Below are positions 54,285 through 64,000 of a DNA stretch of 64,000 nt, piece by piece; position 1 is the stretch's first letter, and every line of letters begins with the position of its first letter. Location: NCBI GenBank assembly GCA_904063045.1, contig CAJFCJ010000002.1:868001-932000 (forward strand), in the 5' to 3' direction. Source of the stretch: Dimorphilus gyrociliatus. Lineage: Eukaryota; Animalia; Annelida. The translations under genes and the position numbers were made by a program. Under the pieces are notes generated by a model. The model was not told where the DNA came from and did no database searches. It saw only the letters and a list, made by a program, of their open reading frames with translations.

Positions 54285-55579
54285 TTATTTTAGACAATAT
54301 ATATATAAACTAATGGATGAAATGATTTAATATCAATTTTATGTTTAAGATATTTGATTAGCGCAGTGTCTTAATTATTTAGAAAGAGTAATTCTGCCTT
54401 CTTTTATCTATATTGATTATTCTACAATTTTTTCCTTAAATTCTGTGGGATTATAACGGCCGATTATACAAATATCAGTATATATCACTTTATCAATAAA
54501 AAATGCATTATTTATGAGTAGGCGGATAGCAATAAGTTGGAAATTTACATAACCTAAAGGATGAATAGCTCCTTCATATTTTAAATAGACAAAATTTTAA
54601 TTTTTGAAGATTGATCCCCATATTACGGCATCAAATTTAACTTCATGGGGACTTTTCCAAACGAGAATGAATATTTTGGCAAATTTTTTTTAACAAGCGG
54701 ACAGATATGTGACTGATGCTTTCTCTTTTACAATTCTAAGACAAGTAACTATCGAATTTTCTTTAATCGTCCGCTAACTGGCAGAAAACATATAAGATTC
54801 TTTTTAGAATCCCAGATATAGAGTTTTAACATATTTGAATTTGCATTTACTGCAAAAACTTTAAAATCGATCGGAGGAAAAAAATTATTATCGACTATTT
54901 TCTAGTAATTATTATTATTCCATAGTTGACTGTTATAATTGAATATCAGACATATAAATAGTATAACTATAAGATCATCTAATAAAAATTGATGATAAAC
55001 TTGATGAAAATGTTTCACTCTACTATTTGATGTAATCTTTTCCTTATTTTCATTTTGACCTTGAAGTAATGCACTAATAGCTGTGAATTTTGTGCAAACA
55101 TACTACAAAATAAGCTATTAAATGAGAAAATCAAATTTACGGATTAGCTTCCTCTCTTTAGGGAGTATCATGAATAGAATTATTGCTATAAACTCAATAT
55201 TTAAAAGTATTGTTAATATTTGAAACTAATTGTGTTTTTCAACGTAAGTTTTAAATTTCCTGTGAATAGCCTATTAAAAACATAAACGTAAACTCACAGA
55301 TCTTATGAAATATTTATTTCAATTCCAATCGAAACAATTGCAAAGTTTTTCATTATGGGAGCAAATTTGCGCAATTTTTATGCTATATGTCCTGTTACAG
55401 TATTTATATACCGTATATCATTATATATATATATTAGTATATATTCAAGGAATAGATACAATAAAAGTAATTCCTATAAAAGAGAAAATGGTCGATTTTT
55501 ATGATTGAAAAGCAGAAAAGTATCTTGCTATGACTAAAGATAATATGAAATTCAACAACGAAATTGTAACATCATTTAT

Positions 55580-57271
55580 TTACTGATCAAATGGTAATAT
55601 AAATAATTGTTTTTTAACAGTAAATCTTTCATCGATTTCTATGGGATCAACGGTTATGAATTGCTGTCGAATCAATCCTCGTAATATTGTCCATCCCTTA
55701 TGGCTATTTGAGCGCTTGAGAGTTTTCTCATCAAAGAATCTCGATGACATACAAGCTAATAAAGTAAATAAGCAAAATGAAGCTGAAAAAATGAAGGGGA
55801 ACTTACACAAAAGTTTCCTATCTACTGCTATTGGATCTTTCGTTTGGATGACATCCAATCCCATCCTTTTCTTCTTCCCTATAGAAAGTTATTCACTGAA
55901 TAAAAAAATATCAATATTTCTTAATTATTAAAACAAACTTATTATCACATCAATAAAATCTCTATTCCTAATTCCGTAATAGTCCAAGGTAAACTCATCA
56001 TCTAAAACTTGACCACAATATAACCAACCCGATGCAGACGATAGGTCAGGACCACCCAAAATGCTAACTTGCAGCTTACAATCTCTTATTGTACTTTGTC
56101 CACTTACTGTAATGTTGTAGGTTGACGAGTCGATAATTTTTATTTGAATGTTTAATAAATTTGTCGGCTTATCGCTTAAAACCCGAACGCCTACTGTTGG
56201 TAGATGCGGTAAAATCTCATTCCGATGGAGCAAGTGCGCAACAGGCATGGAATCCTTTTAAAAGAAGGTTTATAAAATTAATAAATTCAGTGCAATCAAC
56301 AATACAAAATTAAGTATAGATTATGTCGATAATTAATCTCTTTTTCTTACCGGAATCCATTCGGTTGAGCCTATATATCTTCCAGACGGTGCCAAAAAGT
56401 AATAAACAGAACAGTTTGTCTGCATGTGTTTATTGGTTAGGAGTGTAACATGCGAAAAAGAAGCCAGCCCATCCTCGAGTTCCATTAGATAGGGCTCTGA
56501 AGATCCTATCCTCACCTTCAATACTTTGAAAGATAACATTGACAATTTTCTTATCTTCTGATCCCTTCTGCGTATATGGAGCAGAGGGATGGACTTTTTG
56601 TCTGTTAAAATGAAATCAATCGAACTATCGCTTTCATTTATTGTCCAAACTATCAAACAATGTTGAGTTAAATCCTCCGCTCCTCGTTTTATTTGTGTAA
56701 ATATTTCATCTGAGGTCCAGTCTATTGACAATTCCATTTGACGATTAATATTCTTCTCTTCATCTGTGACTTCAACCTGTGTATATTTTACGAATTATAG
56801 TTTTGCTAAACTAGAATTTTAGTGTATAAACCTTTAGGAGATTGGCACCAACTTCTGGGAAAAAAAAACATTCAACTTTAGATCCACTTCTTTTATCAGG
56901 TGAACAATGTGGTAGTGGTTTAGAAAACTGGAATGCTAATGGGGTGTCTACCGGACGGGCAAGGACAAATTGTGTACATGGGTTCATCAAAAAGCTTCCA
57001 ACATCTTTTTCATCAATTCGTATGTGGCAAATACAAATATGGTCGTGGGCATTTTTTATAAGCAATTTATAAGTGGAGCCTATTCTCAGCAAGGAGAATC
57101 TCTGAGAGGGAAAAAAATCGATAAATAGAGAATCCTTTAGAATACATGAAAATAAAAATATTTTTTTAAGAATTATTTGTTGATAATTGAACTAACCTTC
57201 TTATTTTCAGTGTGAACATCGACCCCGTCTATTAACAAATCATAGTAGTTGTTATTTTCTACCGTAGCCAT
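55580..57271 (-). CDS. Uncharacterised protein of about 455 aa with an internal ubiquitin-like domain
   Basis: Exons 57197-57271, 56832-57134, 56351-56776, 55939-56254, 55807-55878, 55580-55755. All junctions are GT-AG with 51-80 nt introns and are phase-consistent (1368 nt total). Ubl signature TIRDCK..WLYCGQVLDDEFTLDYYGI..FIDVII. Confidence 0.8.
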
Positions 57272-57602
57272 TTTGCCTGCAGGTTTTGTTGAGAGAATGT
57301 GCAATTGCAAACACAACTTCGTAATTCTTGTCACGATTTTTTATTAAAGGTTTCGATTAAAATAATATCACGAAGTGTTCATGATCATCTGTATCAAATC
57401 TATCTGTATAAATGCAGTCTAACTTACATTATCATAACTGTAATCAGAACCGCACGAAAGAACTAAAATCAATATGTTTGTACAGTGACGCCTGTCATCG
57501 TCTTGTCTTGAAATCCTCGTTGCAAGACACTAAAAAGATTTATAAAATGGTAAGATTTTCAAATTTATTTTAGTCAATCAAAGACAAGCAAAGTTTTAAA
57601 AT

Positions 57603-58789
57603 TTAATAGGATGGTCGATACATGCGTCCCATAAAGAGGATGGAGCCAGATGACTTATGACGAATTGCATAAAGAAAAGGATGGCAACATCGAATTTGAG
57701 GAGGCAAACACATAAGCTGAAGAAAATTTTCTTATCAATATTATTAAATATAGGAATATTGTGATAAATTACTTGAAACTCAATTCCTGTGGCGGCGGCC
57801 GCTTCAGTTCCTTCTTCATTTACTTCTATGAATGATTTTTGTAATATTTCGCTCAAATATAAGTCCTGTCTTCCATTCATTCCAGAGAAATCAGCCTTAT
57901 TAATCTCAAAAGCATCAACCATACCAAGATTCTTCAGAGTTGGGATAAACTTTTGTTCAAAAGAAACTTTAAATTTAGGAAGATAAATCTCAACATTCTC
58001 TACCCGTAGGCTATGTACCATTGTGTTTAGAATTTTTTCATCAATCTCCCTTTCCAGTGTAACATGTCCTCCTGTGCAACGCGGAAGCATGATAATCATT
58101 GATATTTCATTACCCTTGTAGGGTAATTCTAATAGCTGGACATCGTATTTGGAGTCAAAACCAACTCTCAGAGGCTTTGTCATAAACATCATTTTAACAG
58201 GAACTTTCTCCTTGTCATTTATGTAAAAAGTATCATCGAAAGTATCTTTTGGATTAAATGCGGAGAGCCAGTCTCCTTTAAAATGGATAGCATTAATTAA
58301 AACCATTGCTGTATCAACATTTATGGATCCCTGTGAGAGGAAGTCTTTAATTTTATCATTTGTCTGATTTGCCACCCAAGAATTTATGGCTTGACGAGCC
58401 CCTTCTAAATTCTGTACGAAATCCATAGTTTCTGATTCAGCATTGAAAAATGATTTAGTGTTTGCCATAAAATTATCTAGAAATGAGTAATCTTTTCCAG
58501 CAAATAAACGGCTGGCTGATGTCAGACTGCACCCCTCTCTGTTTGTGCTTAAAATTTCTGTAGATAGAGCTGCCAAATTCTTATAGTCATCAGGAATTGA
58601 ATCTATTTCCAACACTTCGCCAATTTGTTTCTGGGTGGCTCCTCTTGCTCCTAGATGAACCATTGCTAAGGCAGTAGAAATTGAGAAAGGTGAAAAGAAT
58701 ATGTTTTCATCTGCCTTCTCATTAACCATTTCTCTCCACAATTTTAAACCGAATTTCATATTAGCATTTGCAGTCTTAGAAAAATCCAT
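57603..58789 (-). CDS. Intracellular (clade-B-like) inhibitory serpin, 376 aa
   Basis: Exons 57773-58789 and 57603-57716. Motifs NIFFSPFSIS, LINAIHFKGDW and hinge EEGTEAAAAT. The spliced RCL and C-terminus read GIEFQ|LMCLPPQIRCCHPFLYAI..ILFMGR. No signal peptide. Confidence 0.95.
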
Positions 58790-59150
58790 CTTGAAATCTT
58801 TTAGATCGACGTGGCACACCTACAAAAAAAATGCTCTGCAGAGTGTACAGATAAATGATTGTAGATAAGGCTACAGCTCTATACTATCTTAAGTGGTGTA
58901 AATAGAATCGCTGTTTAATACTATAATGAAAGTATCCTATATATTTAACAGATTGTAAAAAAAATTGACTAAACTTTGTATTCTGTCCAAAACTTTATAA
59001 AGTTACTGAAAATGATTTCGCTTTAATCTAAGAAAATTTTAAAGCAAACAACTGATAAAAATGTATCCTTGACCCCATATTTAAAATATTCCCATCGGAA
59101 ACTCCAGGTGGCAGTACTTTCAGAACTAATTACTAAACAAATATAAAAAT

Positions 59151-59164
59151 CGCTAGATGTCGCT
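59151..59164 (+). promoter_or_regulatory. CTCF-like motif CGCTAGATGTCGCT
   Basis: Lies in the serpin/PLK divergent promoter. Confidence 0.45.
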
Positions 59165-59361
59165 TATTGTCAGGTGTAATATTGTCCACGGTTCAATGGA
59201 TCATTTCAATGTTCTCTCAGATGAGACATACATACTGGGAGAATATAAATCGCTCAGTATAGGTTTATCTAAATCGATAAAGTTAATAGATAAGGCATAT
59301 CATACTTGTGCTTGAAATACAGCTAACAAGAGTGGTTCAAACGTTATGCTGTATATTGACG

Positions 59362-63406
<4,045 letters not shown>

Positions 63407-64000
63407 GTGATATATAAAAACTATTTTTTTTAGCTATTCTGTGATTTCTAAAAAACTGAGCTTATATACATTTGTACCTAGAATATCAGCTACATACCTA
63501 TCGCCTGTGATGTTTTTCTACATCATAAAAGACTGTCTTTCAGTTAATGTCTTTTCTAACAGATTATTATCAGTTTACTAGTTTTAGAGGTAATATAAAT
63601 ACATGTATACTTTGAAACACAGTATGCATATGTATGCAATTTAAATGTATATATACAGTGTATGTATGATAGCTTTATTATTTTGTAAAAGATATTCACC
63701 ATGTATGCTATATTATTCTTGTGTTATAGTATTTTATATCGTTATTTCTACGAATTTATGAAAGTTGTAATGTTTCATTTTGCAAATGATAAATTATAGA
63801 AACAGCAACAATCGAAAATAAAGCCAGCTTCGTTGAAAAAAATCTTTGAATTTTATACTGTATGCACATAGTATATGCACTTATAATGAGTTAATTCTGA
63901 TAAGCAGCCAGAATAGGATTTCTTTCACTTGACAACATCTGTTCTTTTATTTTTGCGTTAGCATACACACCGGATTCATCGTGCCAAGTGTTTCTTCCAG

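Noticed and set aside
54647-54658. NF-kB-like GGGGACTTTTCC
   Set aside because: Single imperfect site far from any identified promoter; expected by chance.
55641-55931. + strand 96-aa ORF
   Set aside because: Antisense to the last two exons of the Ubl gene, which have clean splice sites.
57428-57530. AG..GTAAGT-bounded segment after the serpin as an alternative RCL exon
   Set aside because: No frame gives the serpin HPF..FMG ending. It is more likely a 5' UTR exon of the Ubl gene or chance.
59063-59071. GTATCCTTG as a U12-type donor
   Set aside because: Imperfect match and no TCCTTAAC branch site found downstream.

Overview
AT-rich eukaryotic genomic DNA from a very compact invertebrate (bilaterian) genome. 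Most introns are 50-65 nt GT-AG. A meiofaunal spiralian such as a small annelid is plausible, but the species cannot be determined from sequence alone. Twelve protein-coding genes were assembled by hand from splice signals and reading frames, in this order: a spectraplakin (-, runs off the left edge; CH1/CH2, plakin/SH3, an 8.6-kb plectin-repeat exon, several alternative first exons), SCPx/SCP2 (-), NIPBL (+), an otopetrin (-), a tetraspanin (-), DPYD (-), a TREX-like DEDDh exonuclease (-), Wnt5 (+), a divergent nicotinic-receptor alpha-like subunit (-), an uncharacterised protein with an internal ubiquitin-like domain (-), an intracellular serpin (-) and a PLK2/3-like polo kinase (+). No tRNA, rRNA, CRISPR array or transposon was recognised. 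The most notable observations are: (1) the Ubl-insertion protein, which resembles a family I recall from giant viruses; (2) a Cys-loop receptor with a remodelled ligand box and M2 pore; (3) phase-compatible alternative spectraplakin first exons carrying transmembrane or lipidation anchors; (4) CTCF-like motifs in non-coding gaps, several in convergent pairs; (5) an otopetrin with an altered FYR box and a long C-terminal tail; (6) operon-like gene spacing. All exon boundaries are manual inferences and need RNA-seq confirmation.
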